This document shows, one piece after another, positions 14,399 through 28,653 of a stretch of 64,000 bases of DNA. This DNA comes from Chlorokybus atmophyticus (lineage: Eukaryota; Plantae; Mesostigma and Chlorokybus algae). The DNA lies in contig RHPI01000671.1 in the NCBI GenBank assembly GCA_009103225.1, positions 65,531 through 129,530 on the forward strand, in the 5' to 3' direction. The translations under genes and the position numbers were made by a program. Position 1 is the stretch's first letter. Every line of letters starts with the position of its first letter. The notes under the pieces are model-generated. The model did not search any database. It was not told the DNA's origin and saw only the letters and a program-made list of their open reading frames with translations.

Positions 14399-17300
14399 AT
14401 GGAGGAGCTAAGGGCGGCGCTGGGCCGGGTGAGGATACCCGTCGCCTCGAACAAGGTGTTCAAGGAGGAGTGCTGCCTGTCATTCGACACACCGGTAAGC
14501 ACCAAGTTGGGGGCTGCAGCATTAATGCATTTAATCTCAGCTGTACTACAGCCTCGGTTACATGTGCGAATCGCAAACCAAAATGCTGTTGAGCTATGCT
14601 GGGTTCACATGCCCCCAACCAAAATGATTGCTAGACAGACAGGCATGCATGCAGCATCATCATCAGCTTCAAGGAGGAGTGCTGCACGTAGTCTTCAACT
14701 TGGACACGCTGGTCAGCAGTACGGTTGGGCACCTTTATTGCAGCTGCAATGCAATAGGTCTCAGCTGTACCATCGCGTCAGTTACATATGTTGGAACGCA
14801 TACCAGTGCCACATCACTGAGTTCACTGGCCCCCAACCAGAGTGGTTGCCAGCAACCATGCATGCAGCTTGTGCTAGTCTCACATGCCATTCAGTTCACA
14901 CATGCGTGCTCATCATCGTGCTCACCATGCAAAACTGGCGCACTTCCGTGCTCGTGCTCGTGCTCGTCATTTTGTGCACAATCAGGTGGTGAGCTGCACT
15001 TGTTGCGCTAAGTGGTTGACACCATGCATGTGGTATTCCCAACATGCATGTGAAGCGAAATCACTTCAAACTAGCAGTGAGTGCTCTCACACAAGCTATG
15101 CCAGTAGTACTCAGTCTCACGTTGCCATTCAGAAATCCGATGGCGGCCTGTTTATTGACCTCAACTCGTTTCTCGCGTTCGGCAAAGACTATGTTATGTA
15201 CAACTTCAACAAGACCGGCAATCCAGTGTACTTCAACATAACGAGAACCCGCAAGCCTATTGAAGCCACCAATGATGAGGACCCACCACGCAAAAGGCCA
15301 ACACTGCTTGCCATAGGTGAGAGTCACTGAGTGGTGTTACGTAATTTGTATTGTGACGCGTCAGCTTACATGTACATGTGGCGCACAGGCGTAGATGGCG
15401 GCTTTGAAGCAGGCCCGAAGGATGAGTTCGAAGACACGTATAAGATTGTTGTGCTGCCCAATTTTGTTGAACTGCCCTATCCAAGCGTAGAGCTACCCGA
15501 AAAGGTGTGGTTGCATGCATGCACGCGCGCATGCACACGCACACGCACACGCATGCACACGCGCACGCGCACACATGCAATGTGGTGCTCTGCAGGTGCG
15601 CAGTGCACTACATCGCTGACTGCTGCATGTTGGTGTGCAGTTACTCACCCAGCTTACCCGATGCATGCTCGCAAGTCAACGTGTGAAGTGAGTTGCACTG
15701 TGCTCACGTCAGTTGTTTTCGTTCGCAGGTTAGGCTAAGCGTAGATGGTATTCTGTCGGCGACGGGGGCCGAAAAGCGTGCCGCAGAAGCCGCATGGATA
15801 GCTGAGAAGCGGCAAGTCAGCAAGTTCGCACGCGATCTGCAGCAGCTTAGTTCAGGCGTCGTGGTTCCGGCCCGAGGCTGGAAGTGCCAGGTGTGCGGCA
15901 TCGAGCAGAACCTTTGGCTTAACTTGACAGATGGTGCCATCCTCTGCGGGCGCCGCAACTGGGACGGCACTGGCGGCAACAATCATGCCGTCGAGCATTA
16001 CCAACGCACCAAGTACCCCCTGGCTGTTAAGCTTGGCACCATCACGGCAGACCTGCAATCCGCAGGTACCGTGACTACGTCATGCACTGTATGCTTGTGT
16101 TCGGCGTCTTCTGGCCTGGCTTGAACAGCTTGGTGAGGTCAGTTCTGAACACTCCACTTGCTTGTAAAATTAGTCCAAAGGTGGCCATTGCCATGGTTTG
16201 TGCAGATGTGTACTCTTATGCGGAGGATGATGCCGTGGAAGACCCAAATCTGGACCAACATCTCGCACACTTTGGCATTGACTTTTCCTCGCTGACAAAG
16301 GTGCATTTACAAGACTTGGCTGTGGTTTGCCTTTTAAGTCCTACCTGCCTTCCTTGTTTTCTTGACTGAGGTGCTGCATTGCAGACAGAGCAAACTACAG
16401 CTGAGCTTGAGCTGGATCAGAACCTCAGCTTTGACTTCAGTAGGATACAGGAGTCCGGGAAGACGCTGCAACCAGTGTTCGGCCCCGGTTACACGGGCCT
16501 TGTCAATCTTGGAAACAGGTACACTACTACCCCGGACATGCTTGTTCAGTGTGGGGAGTTCGTTCAACTCACGCTGAACTTTGATTCGCAGCTGCTATAT
16601 GGCATCTGTTGTGCAAGCGGCGTTCAGCATCAAAGAGTTCCAAGACAGGTTGGTCACTAAACTCGCATTGGCGTAACACATTGCTGTCACTGTATGCACA
16701 CATTGTAGTAGTAAGGTCTGACCTTGCGTTGCTGCTGTTTTTCAGATATTGCAGGAGTGCAAGTCTAAGTGACGCTTACCAGACAAGTCCGGCTGACCCT
16801 ACCGTGGATATATACATGCAGTTGTAAGTGGCTTAAGTTCTCAAGTTGATAATGGCAAGCGCAGCTTAAATCGTGCTTCTATCGCCTTTGGCAAGAGGTT
16901 GAGCGCACAGCTGATCAGATTGCATATTGCAGGGTAAAGCTCGCCCATGGTCTGCTTGATGGCAAGTATTCAAAGCCTCCTGAGGTAAACCTCCCTACCT
17001 TTCGTGACAGTTTAAGCTACGCAATTTACAATGCTGTGCAGTATGTTGCGACTGCAGTTACATTGCTTGTTAGGTTGCAATAGCTGCTCATGCAACACCG
17101 TAACACTGCTCCTTGATATGCAACATTGCTTGTGCCCTGCTGAGCCAAGCCTGTTAGCACATGTGGCATTGAAGACTTTTGGCGACTGACAATGACTTGT
17201 ACCAGCCTTCCGGACGAGAAGCACCTGAAGACACAGCAGCGCGGGTATGGAGTTGGTTGTGTTGACATTCAGTATTTACCTTATTGCATATTTCTCCAAG

Positions 17301-19408
17301 AAAAGTCTCACTGTCATGCATGCGCTATGAGCCGGTCCATGCAAGTGCCTTCTGTTGTTCATTACCGCTCTTGCTTCTGTGTCAACCCTGACTGCAATGC
17401 CTTTGCTTTCAGGGTCAAGAAGGCATAGCGCCTCGCATGTTCAAGTCCGTTGTGGGTGCAGGCCATCCAGAGTTCTCTAGCAGTAGACAGCAGGTGCTGC
17501 GACTCTGTCCATCTTTTGTCTTAAGCTCTCACATGCATTTCACCATGCTACATTGATAACGTGATAGTAATCTGTATGTTTGTACAGGACGCTTTGGAGT
17601 TCTTTCAGCACCTATTGGAACTCCTGCACCGGAACAACCATGGGCGTGGGGTTTCCGATGGACCTGAGACACTGTTTTCGTTGAAGTTTGAGGACCGCGT
17701 GCAGTGTCAAGCCTCTGGCAAAGTCCGCTACACTACACGCGCGGATAACACGTTCTCGGTGTCAATCCCACTGGAAGCTGCTGTTAACAAAGGTGTGCCC
17801 CTGCTTCTTGTGTGCCTTGGGTTGGCGTGTGAGCTTTGTGTTCATGCACGCTCTGTTGCTAGAGGAGATGGCATTGTACGAGATCAAGAAGAAAGCAGCA
17901 GATGAAGTTGGACAGAAGCTCGCACCAGAAGAACTCGTGAGGCCGCGTGTTCCGCTTTCTGCCTGCCTTGAGGTGCTTGCGATTGCAATAAGCAATTGAT
18001 CAATTGCATACGGCAGGCATCTGCAGCAAACGTTCTCAGTGCCCGGTTCACAAACAAGCAAATACATATGCCTGCATACATACAGATTAACAGAGTGACA
18101 CATGCAGGCATCAGCAGCTCCGGAGTTGGTCGAGGACTTCTACAGCACGGCTGTCAAGGGCAAGACAACAGCGGTGAAGACAACGCGGCTGGCTACCTTC
18201 CCGGACTATCTGATGCTGCACTTGCGCAAGTTCCGGCTGGACAAAGGCTGGGTGCCCACCAAGCTGGACGTGTTTGTGGATGTCCCGGATGAGATAGACC
18301 TCAGCCCACTGCGCGGGCGGGGGTTGCAACCGGGCGAAGAGCTTCTACCAGAAGAAACAGGTAAGCAATGCACTGGCATATTGGCCCATGGCTGAGCTAC
18401 TTCATGGGTGGTTGGTGGTCCGTGGTTATCCCTGGCGTGGCATGAGACAACATACATAATGTTTGCTCCCGTGTTGCAATATGCAGAAGCGCTAGTACAC
18501 GTAACTTTGGATATCCCTGGTGATGCATTGATATTGTTCTTTTCTCTTGTTTGATTGTGCAGAGCCTTCAGCACGTGATGCGGGCCCCCAAGCGGATGAA
18601 TCGATTGTGTCTCAGTTGATGGACATGGGCTTCCCTCAGCTACGCGCGCAGAAGGCGGCCATCAGCACGGGTAATGCTGGTGCCGAGGAGGCGATGAACT
18701 GGTTGCTGGCGCACATGGAGGACGCGGACATCGATGAACCGCTGCAGACGAGTGGCGGCAACTCTGCTGCGGATGTCACTGTCGACGAAGAAGGCGTGTC
18801 CACGCTCTGCGCGATGGGCTTTGAGCGCCGGCACGCTGTCAAAGCTTTGCAGGTGCACTGTGCACATGGTTCAACAAGCATGGGTATCGCTGCCCAGCAG
18901 CGTTTTATAGTTCAGTCTTGTTTGTAACATAAGTGCTATTATGACTTGGCTTCCTGACTGACCAAGTGTCTCCTGTGTTAGGCTACCGGCAACAACCTTG
19001 AGCGCGCTGCGGACTGGATATTCAGTCATGCATCTGATTTGGACGCGATGGATGTTGACGCAAATGGTGCTGCTTTACCTCAGGCTGATGACGCTGGTAT
19101 AGTGCGCGACGGTGCTGGAAGTAAGCGCAAAATGCTAGAGCAATACCGATGCATGTTGTGCCAAACGGATTGTGGCTGCACCACTTGCAGTTTGCTCAAC
19201 AAGTTGTTGCTCATCGTGTTGATGCGCAGAGTATCGGCTGATGGGCTTCATCAGCCACATGGGCAGCTCCACGCACGCCGGGCACTACGTGTACCATGCG
19301 TTGCGCGACGGCCGCTGGGTGCTCTTCAATGACAACAAGGTGGCCGTCTCCGAAGACCCGCCCAAGGACCTGGGCTACCTGTACCTATTCCAGCGCATTG
19401 CATCGTGA
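14399..19408 (+). CDS. UBP14: Ubiquitin carboxyl-terminal hydrolase 14 (USP5/isopeptidase T orthologue)
   Basis: VFKEECCLSFDTP, ZnF-UBP (CQVCGIEQNLWLNLTDGAILCGRRNWDGTGGNNHA), Cys box GPGYTGLVNLGNSCYMASVVQ, two UBA domains, His box HMGSSTHAGHYV and DLGYLYLFQRI-stop at 19406-19408. Confidence 0.95.
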
Positions 19409-20499
19409 CGACACTGGCATGCAGACCTCACACTCTCTGTCATGCGGTCAACAGCTCAGTTGGCTTAACGCGTATATGGCGGGGTCCTGTGCATGTCCAT
19501 GTACACTGTTCAGTGGAATACAATCAGCAGTTACGTGTTGTTGCTGCTGTGATGCAGCTCAAGTCTGTAGTTGTTGAATGCGGGGGATTGACTAATACAT
19601 GGCTAGCTCGCCTAGTAGCTGTGATCTGCAGATGTTGTCGTGTATGACGCACCTTCATGTCGTGGCATGCAGTCAGGGTGCTGGTGAGTATGGGCACAAA
19701 CCTCGCGGTGCATCAGGTGAGTGTGTCGCTCCACACATGACATGGTTGACATAATGATCATTGCATGGTAGCCCAAGCATGTGTGATTAACGAGAGCGAC
19801 CAGAGCTTATCTGTAAACACCTACAGTCACCAAGAGTGTCTAATCAATATCGCTAGCTACCTGCGTCTTGGAGTGAGTCAAAGCTATTTGAAGGCACTCC
19901 AAGCCGTACCATACCGTAAGTGACCTAGAAATACTTGTAAACACATGAAGCCATCATGAGTGTTCAATCAGTATTTATAGCCTGAAGCAACTCAAAAATA
20001 ACCTAATGCATCTTGAAGGAACTCACATTACTCAAGAGTGTCTTACCGTTGTCTTAAACTACATGAACTAACCTGATACAACATTGAAACTACTATAGCG
20101 ATGTAGGGCTCAGTAGTGTACGTAGTTGGTTAGGCCTAGACATTGCCCCTGCCCAAAGTTGCATATCACAGTTGTCATCATGTTCTGCCTACGGTCCATG
20201 TGTGGCCAGTAGGCATGTTTGCAGCTGGATAAATGGTGTGTGCTATTGGCAAATTGCGTAAATATGTAGCATCAATAGTAAAAAAGCTTTAATTGCCAGT
20301 TCAACAGTTCTTATAGTTTACATGCAACTGTAAATCGTGTACAGTGTGAAATGTGCATCTAGATTACGTGTGCATATCATATTACAAATGATGTCGCATA
20401 CCTTGTTAAGCAAGTGAATATGAATATCAATTCATTGAAATATTAAAAAATGCTCACTCATATATATGTTACAAGAGCACTTAATCTTCCAGCTGGCTT

Positions 20500-23400
20500 G
20501 GAAGCTGCTAAAAGACGAAACACATGTTTTAGTGGGACAAAAAGCCCTTCAGGGCTCGCTCCGCGGACGGCAGCGGCACTGCGTTGACTATAACAACCAA
20601 AGCAGGCTGTACAACATCAAGTCTTGATAATGTAGAGCTCCAGCAGCTTCACAGCGGCGAAGACCCGCTTCAGCCTGTTAACCCTCTTGTTACATAGAGA
20701 GACGTGCAGACTGTGGTTGCCGAAGTTGTTGATGCCATCAACTAAGTTGCTTCAAGATTATGAGCTGCGGATTGCAAGGTTAGTCGTGGAACGTCGCACT
20801 CGATCAATGATTTTCATTGATATAAATGACTTGGGAATGGTGTTACATATAGAGCTTCCGGAAGTTACTGTTGGAATTGGCACATTGCATGTTGTAAAGG
20901 TGACAAATGGTTATCCATTCACTCCATTAATGTCAATGTGTTTATGGTTATGCCTTACCTTTCAAGGAAGCTATGCTTTTCCTTCATTCCATCAAGTATT
21001 AACTTTATGGAAATTTAACACGTATGCATAAGTACATGTCTATGAGATATTCCTAGGCCCGTTGATTGTTGATATGTCTGCTACCATGTGGCTTGAATAA
21101 ACAACCAATGTTGGTCACGGAGTGGCATCAAACTTTCCTTTACATGCAAATGACTAACTTGTTAAATGTGGTACAAGTTTGATTCACACAATTGCCATAG
21201 CTAAACTTGAATGCAGTTTGTAAGCCAATCAAATGAACCGAAAAAACGTCTTAACAAGCGCATAACTTGCCTGCCCATTTGGCTGCAATATATCCACTTG
21301 AAGAATCTACATACGCGAGTCGACAACGAGCCATGTGCACACATTGATTAAAAGACGCTAAGGCGCCGACCTATTTCGCGAAGCGTCTTTAACGAGACTT
21401 ATGTAGTCGCACTTATTTTCGTCATTATTAATTGGCAACACTAACATGGCATAAGCTAGCTTGACCCATTTGGTAATAGGAGTAATGGCGATTGCCGTAA
21501 TTATTACCATATGATCATACATGTGCATGTTGATGTAACATTTCGTCGCTGTAGATTGATTTCTCTTTCTACAGTCTTTTACTAGGTTAGTTTGTGATTG
21601 GGAATTGTACTACGGTAGTAGTTGAGTCAAGAATGTGTTGCAATAAAAACAAACAAATTGTAATAAGCATATCAACCTGACAGTTTATTAACATGCAATT
21701 GTATTACAACATCACAAAACATTTGACATCATATTGCATGGACGCCCAAACTTACACAACGAAATGAGCCAAGTTAGCAGTCGGTAAACCACAACGCTCA
21801 TACTACGGATTGCATTAAAAATTAGGCTTGCCAACAGCTTGAAGTCGAATTGTTGCTAGCCTGCATATCATTCAGATCACGCCTATCAACCTTATAGATT
21901 GTCAGTACAAGCGCGGTATAGATTTATATTATGCATCAACCCTAACAGACCTATGAGCCAAAAACTCTCATCCGTATACATTGCAATAACGCACGCGGAC
22001 ATTGACCGTGTGTCATTTGACGACATTTGCGTCATAAGAAGCATGATGGTGAATGATCCCCACTACCCTTCTACCCAAGGCCTGCATACCCGTTTTTGCT
22101 TGATTTCATTTATATCTGGCTGGGATCTTTTCTACCGCGAGGTAATAGAAACACCATTACCGTTTTGCAAGAGCTAAACGAGCACTAGGGCAGCAGAGGG
22201 GCAACTTACAGGTGCGCAAATGGAATATTGATGGCCTTACAATTGTTGAAGTTGGTGTAAAACCGGTTCGGCTGCAGTTCAATAAGGTTGGTCTGTGTAA
22301 ATGCATGCCCGCAATGCAAGGGTATTAAGCTCAACGCTGCCTCTTAATTTTAAGATGCATGCATTCAGCAAATTGTGTTGGTGTGCTTGATGTACAAAAT
22401 ACGGTTTTAAGAGGTCAACGTGTGCGACATAAGTGCACTGCGATGCGTAAAAGCTGCAACAGATAAAAAAGCTTCACACATGGATTGCAAAAAATGAGGA
22501 AGTGGCGGCACCAGCACGGATCGGATAACGGACATCAAGTCTTTTATGCACGGCACCGATGTCTAAGCTTTGATTAGCTCACTCGTGCTGGTTTTAAGCA
22601 ACCTTCATTGAACCCTACACGTTCTTTGTCAATTCTCAACCCGTGTCATCACTCTGATGCATATGCGCGGCAGGCGTAATTGTTCCATGTGAGTAAAGGA
22701 AATAATAAAGCTTTCATGCAAAACGGTAGTCCATGTAATTGGAACCAATGAGTATTGTATAACAAATACATCATACACACCGAGTCACACAACCACTAGT
22801 TGCGAGCCAAAAGTTGCTAGCACTTACATCCATTTGCCAAGCCGTGAAATGATAAGGACCTTAGCATGGTTCTTGTCATTAAGTAGAATGGCATTTCACT
22901 TAAGCTTCATTTTCTTAATACTTTATACGTTCAGGTCATACTGGTACTATGTACATACGGCCCTTCGGATCAGCTGCAAGACGACACAGCACTAGCATAT
23001 CATAGATATTAGTTAGTTGCTTGTAGCAACAACCTTATAAGGACTTAAGCTACACAAAGCAATGGAGGTTTGTTTCATGCACGTGCAAGACATTGATATG
23101 TCTATGATAACAAGTGAGTCATATGTAAGTTAATTATTTAAAAATTGAATAATACATGTGTACATACTGCAACAAAGTTGCTAAAAGTTTCATTATCGCT
23201 ATTACTGCATGTGTTGCCACTCATCATTATTGTATAAAGAGTCTGATCATATCATTGCGATGCACGAGCATGACATGCTTAGTCGAAGCTTATCATGCTC
23301 GTGCATCGCAATGATATGCTTTATCGTTTATATAAAAGTATATAAATGGACATCAAGAAAAAGAACTATGTATGAAACATTCAATGCAAGAACGCATGTT

Positions 23401-23779
23401 CCGGCCTTTCTTTGTGCAGCTCTTTGCATGCAATGTTAATGCACTGTGCATCGACAACAGATGCAACACAGCAGTGTTACAGCCCAACTTATAGGCCCAA
23501 TGAATTGACAAAGTTACAACACGCGTTGATACACCCATGTATTAGCCTCGTGGTGATACTCCGCTGAAGGAATCAACAACAAAACGTAACGACCTGACGG
23601 CATCGACAGTCCCAGCAGCAGGTGGCAAGCGATTGGCAGGCAAGTACGGTAAACAGAGGCACAACACGTCGGCGTCGTTGACATAGTCGACGTTGGCGTT
23701 GGCGGGGCAAAGGGAGAGCCTCTGTCGGGATTCTATCTATCGCTTGTGTGCGTACCTGGGGGTCTACAACGGCATCCAT
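20500..23779 (-). pseudogene. Possible decayed multi-exon gene in an AT-shifted gene-free interval
   Basis: ATG 23779 starts MDAVVDPQ followed by a GTACGC donor and an exon with loose F-box-like spacing (DADVLCLCLPYLP). Further AG/GT-bounded exon-like pieces lie near 22210-22290 and 20960-21000. No continuous frame could be built. Confidence 0.2.
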
Positions 23780-24063
23780 TGGACGTGCGTCTTCCACAGC
23801 GCAATCAACGGTTCAATACCTGAGACCACTGCTCAACCTCGTCTTGTTTGAGCAGTGAGGTCACCTGCACGGCAGCGTTGTCGGTGACACGTCAAAGTGG
23901 AACGGTTGTTGCTGGTCTCCCTCTCTTATCGGTGACTTTGTAGCTTGTATCCAGTAGCCAGCAAATATAAGCACAAAGGAGAGAAGGAAATCATCTCTCT
24001 CTCGCCCTTCATATACAGACGCAAAAGTCCGCAGCCCTGGCGTGCGCCAGGCGAGCGGCTGCT

Positions 24064-25999
24064 ATGCAGCTGGACGCAGCACGCGTCCAGAAGGTAAGCA
24101 GTCTGCTGTTTTCATACACGCATTAATTTTGTTTTTGCGTCTGTCGGTGTCCCTCACTGCACGAAATGAGATCGGCACAGGGGTTTGTACTCATAATGGT
24201 ATTATTATTGATGTCGGTATGTGTCACGTCATTGCTTTCACGGACGATGCATTAGGCACGTCATCTGCGCAACCTGAGTGCGTGGTTCCAGTCCTCTCAG
24301 GTGTGCTGTGCGCATCGGTGACCTTACATTAAACTCACATGCATCTTACGTGTAAGTTACTTACTACATGCATATACACATGTATTCAAACACACATATA
24401 TAGACACAACTCATACATACATTAGCAAGTCACGCGCCGCACACACATCAACACTCACACACACATGCATACAAGAACGTGCACGGCACATCATACTTTG
24501 TGATGCCAGCCCTCAATCACCAACAACACTCTTGCTTGCTCATTCCGCTCTTCGGTCGCAATAGGAGCTTGCGGAGCTGTCCCGCGACGCTTCCTCCTCC
24601 GGCGTGGGCGTGTCGGACGTATCGTCCCTGACGGACATGACGGCCTACATCGCGGGGCCGAGAGACACACCATACGAGACGGGACACTTCAAGATAGCCA
24701 TACAGCTGCCGGGTGAGGGGGTTGTTGTTGTTGTTGTTGTGGGTGTGGGTGTGCTACGCTGCAGTGCAACGAGTGATAATGAGTCAGACAGTGACGGGGG
24801 GCTGATGAGTCGTGTTGGCTCGTTTCTTATCATCTGCGTGCAGCGGCGTACCCGTTTGAGCCTCCAAAGATGCGCTTCATCAGCAAAGTATGGTGAGACC
24901 GGACCCTCCTCCTCCAGCCGCACACGCACGCACGCATGCATGTGCATGTGTGCGTACATACACACACGCGCGCACCAACACGCACACGTGCATGCACGCA
25001 CACATGCTCGCACGCACCAACACCAAGGGCGGTGTGTCGCAAGTGTGCATAAACCCGTGCTGTTGCTTTCCTGTCAATCAATTGCATGCAACCCAACACA
25101 GCAGTAGCAGAAGTTGTTGCATTGGGGACAGGCTATGACGTGAGTGTTTGGTATGCTAACGCACACGTATATCATGTGTAACGCATCCATCCACGCGCAG
25201 GCATCCCAACATCAGCAGCGCGAACGGTGCGATCTGCCTGGACATCCTCAAAGACGCGTGGTCGCCCGCACTCACGCTACGCGCGGCACTCCTGTCGCTG
25301 CAGGTCCGCACACTCAAACATCTCTCACTCATCTCACGCACTCCCTCGTCCAACACTCGGTCTCACGTAGTCTCACCACCACATGTGCACGCGTGTCTTT
25401 TCAGGCTCTGTTGTCGGCGCCCCAGCCGGACGATCCCCAAGACGCCGTCGTCGCACGCCAGGTACGCACGCTCGTCGTTGGGCAAACCACATCACGGTTG
25501 TTTGGGTGTTTGGTGTCGGGACGGACACGTCGCTGTTATGCGCGTTGCCGCAGTATCTCGACGACCGCGAGACGTTTGAGAACACGGCGAGGTACTGGAC
25601 GCAGGCGTTTGCGAGGAACGCCAGCGAAGACGATAAGGTGGGTTTGTGCGTGTGTGCATACATGTACATGTGGGTCTGGGTTGGAGGATGTGCACGTGCG
25701 CGCGCGCGCTGGGGCGTGGGTGTGCGTGTACATGTGCGTGGGTGTGCATGTAGTGCATCTGATGGGGTTTAAGGATAGCTGTGTGTGTGCATGCGCATGA
25801 GTGTGTGCGTGTATTCGTTCGTGCATACGTGTATGTTACTAATTGCTTGTGAGAAAGAGAGCCTTACTACAACAAGTAACAACCGCATCAGGTCAAGAGC
25901 ATAGCGGAGATGGGTTTCGATGAGGCGCAGGCGCGCGCGGCGTTGGCGCGGCACAACGGCGACGAGAACGCCGCGCTCGAGTCCCTTCTCAATGGATGA
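24064..25999 (+). CDS. UBC27: Ubiquitin-conjugating enzyme E2 with C-terminal UBA domain (UBC27/UBE2K/Ubc1 type)
   Basis: [10 protein letters not shown]|[51 protein letters not shown] (active Cys), [10 protein letters not shown] and [16 protein letters not shown]; stop at 25997-25999. Confidence 0.95.
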
Positions 26000-26284
26000 C
26001 ACACACGCCCGTCGTCAACCATATGTGTGACGCTATCATCATTGTCTGTTCCTTATTGCTCATTCGCGCGTACACGAAACACACAATAAACCTATACAAC
26101 CCAACCAGATTGCGATACCATTGCCTTTGCTAAACGTTCGAATACAATTTTTCCATTGGTAACCAACAAGCTGTACACCACAGGGTAATGTACACACTTG
26201 GTATTTTGCCTGTACATCCTCCCCTTTATTCTTTGAGGACAATTCCTACCACCAGTCCCAGTATGGTCTGTGTGACATTTAGTA

Positions 26285-28283
26285 TCACTGTTTGGTGCTT
26301 TGTTGTTTCAAGGCGTTTTTGTCCAGCCGCAGCAGCGGCGCCCAACGCGAGTCCACGCCACCGCTTGTATCTCCTGCCTCTTTGGCTTCGGCACCGCTGA
26401 GCCCTGATTGAGACAGAGCACATTGTGGATTTGATGGACAAACATACAGTCCTGGGGGTTTCAATTCACATAAAGCGGCTCCTGTAGTCCGTACGCACGC
26501 AACGGCCTTGTTGGCAAGGCACCTTCACGCTGAGTGCGTGTGCGTGTGCGTGTTTGTCAAGGATGCACGTCTTACCCTGCCATTGGGAGCTGACAGCCGC
26601 GGACTTGCACTTGGCCGAACATACCGCCTGCGTGGTTGCACATGTTAGACAACGACAACAACAACAGTAGTAACCATGACAACAACATCAAGCAGCAGCC
26701 ACCTGGAGGGGTTGGCTGAGTATGATGGCGTCGCGCACGACGGCCGTGAGGTCCGCCACTTCCGCGGAGACCGGGAAGTGCACCGCCTGATTGCAAGCAT
26801 GCCAGTCAACTCCGCAACCACAACAAACACACACCACTCTACACAACGTACACACGCACGCACCGCGGGATCATCCAACTCCTCTGCTGTCAGAAACACC
26901 TCGAAGGGGGCGTCCACCTGCGCACAACACATCGCACTGCCACATGACTCCAACTACACAAACCTGTTGCTGTGTGGCCGACTTATATTGTATGCGTACC
27001 GCTGTTGCAAAGTGTGCGAGGCATCTGTCGCAGTTGCGGTGTATGCGCGTCCTCGCGCGCCCCTTCACGTACAACCCACCTACCGCCTGCGTGGCAAAGA
27101 GGAGGAGATGTGAGTGAGATTGGTGGTGCCTTATGCTTCCTACATGCTTGAGCAGCTTACAGGCGAAGGTGGTGCAGCACGCGCACCTTGCTGATGCGCA
27201 TCGCGACGTCCACCTCCCCGTCGTCATCAGAGCCACCCCTTCCTGTGTGTCTGTGTGCGTGAGTGGGTTGGTGGGTGTGCACGCGTATGACAATGCTCTG
27301 ATTGACTCTCTGTCAAAACACTGTTGTTAACCCTTGCAGACTGAGTGCGTGAGTGAGTGAGTGAGTGAGACACAAACACTCCCATCATGCCATGCAAGGG
27401 CGTCTGTTGTGGGGTGATTGGAAATCCACACGCCCACGAGTAGTTACACTTACACGGTATACTTACCAGAGCTCGACGCCCTCTCCTCCTCTTGGTACTC
27501 CTCCATCCCCATCTCCTCCAGCGTGGCGGTCTGCCGGCTCTCCCCGCCGCGCTTCTCAAAGTAGCGCAGGTCGGCGCGGTGGACGGAGATCGCGATCACG
27601 GGGCGCCTGGAAAGTTACAATGCACGCGTGCGCGTGTAGTTACATGCGTGTAACTACACGCGCACGCGCACGCAACAACTCAGGCATGCACGTGTGCTTG
27701 GCATGCCTGCGTGCGTGTGATTACTTGTGCCTGTCGCGTGCTTGTTGTGCGTTGTTCGTGCGCTGCGCTGGCGGGTTCGAACTTGATATCTGCAGGAGGG
27801 AAGGGATAGGTGATACACACATTCGAGGTTGTTCGCTGTGTCAATTGGGATTGCAACACACAAAGATCACAGCGGTGCAACCAACGAAACCAAAGTGCAT
27901 TACAGAACGCTGAACAGAGCGCAGCCCCAAGCTGTGCGGCAAAGGCATGAGCAAAGCGGTTCCATCCCCGACCAACAGCAGACCGCCACACTTCCCTCAC
28001 CTCGTCAGGTGTCTGTCGTCTGCATGCGACCTGGACGCGCCCTCCATCCCTCCCCTGCCACCGCCGCCGCCGCCGCCGCCTGTCTCTGCCAGCCTGCTGC
28101 TCAGCCTCACCTGGCCGGCTGATTGGCCTGGGCCAGGCTACTGCTGCTGCAGTTCAGGGCAGAAGTCAACAAGCAGGAGACGACGCAGAAGTGGACTTGA
28201 CTCAATCAGTCAGTTGCTCACTGACCGTGTGTGGGCGCATGGCTCAACCGCATGCAACCGGCGCTCGCGCATGCCAACAACAT
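26285..28283 (-). CDS. DUF177/YceD family protein (plastid 23S rRNA accumulation factor-like)
   Basis: Spliced LYVKGRARTRIHRNCDRCL, VDAPFEVFL, DLTAVVRDAIILSQPLQAVCSAKCK and the hallmark C-terminal DSRWAPL. The 5-prime exons and start codon are inferred. Confidence 0.85.
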
Positions 28284-28653
28284 GACTGCCACCGCCGCCG
28301 CCGCCGCTGCAGGCAGACTTTTCCAACCACTGATCAGTTTCAGCAAAGGCGTTGTGGCTGCAACGCCGTTAACCGTTCGCCGTTGAATGAGAGACTGAAA
28401 TCTCGCCCAGCTTCGATCGGGACTGGCACGATCACGATCGAGTGTGCACGTGAGTGGGCGTCATTAGAGTGCATCTGGGCGCTATGGCGTCGTTTGCAAT
28501 CTCCCCACACATGCACACACACATACACACAAATACACAAGCAGAGTGCAGCCCCTGGAGCATGCACAGAGAGCGTGTGTGGCGCGCCATTCACACCCTG
28601 AGTGGGGTGAGTGAGTGAGGTCACAAGGCCATGCAAGCAGTGTTGGTGTTGGC

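Noticed and set aside
19830-20060. Weak 125-bp periodicity with LRR-like translation
   Set aside because: Similarity is too degenerate to call a repeat or a gene.
21307-21406. Imperfect hairpin (AAAGACGCT/AGCGTCTTT plus a short outer stem)
   Set aside because: Stems of 7-9 bp are expected by chance, and there is no tRNA or snoRNA signature.
22100-22290. Minus-strand exon-like piece reading loosely like a serpin strand motif (INIPF...VMVFLLP)
   Set aside because: Stops immediately follow and there are no other serpin motifs.
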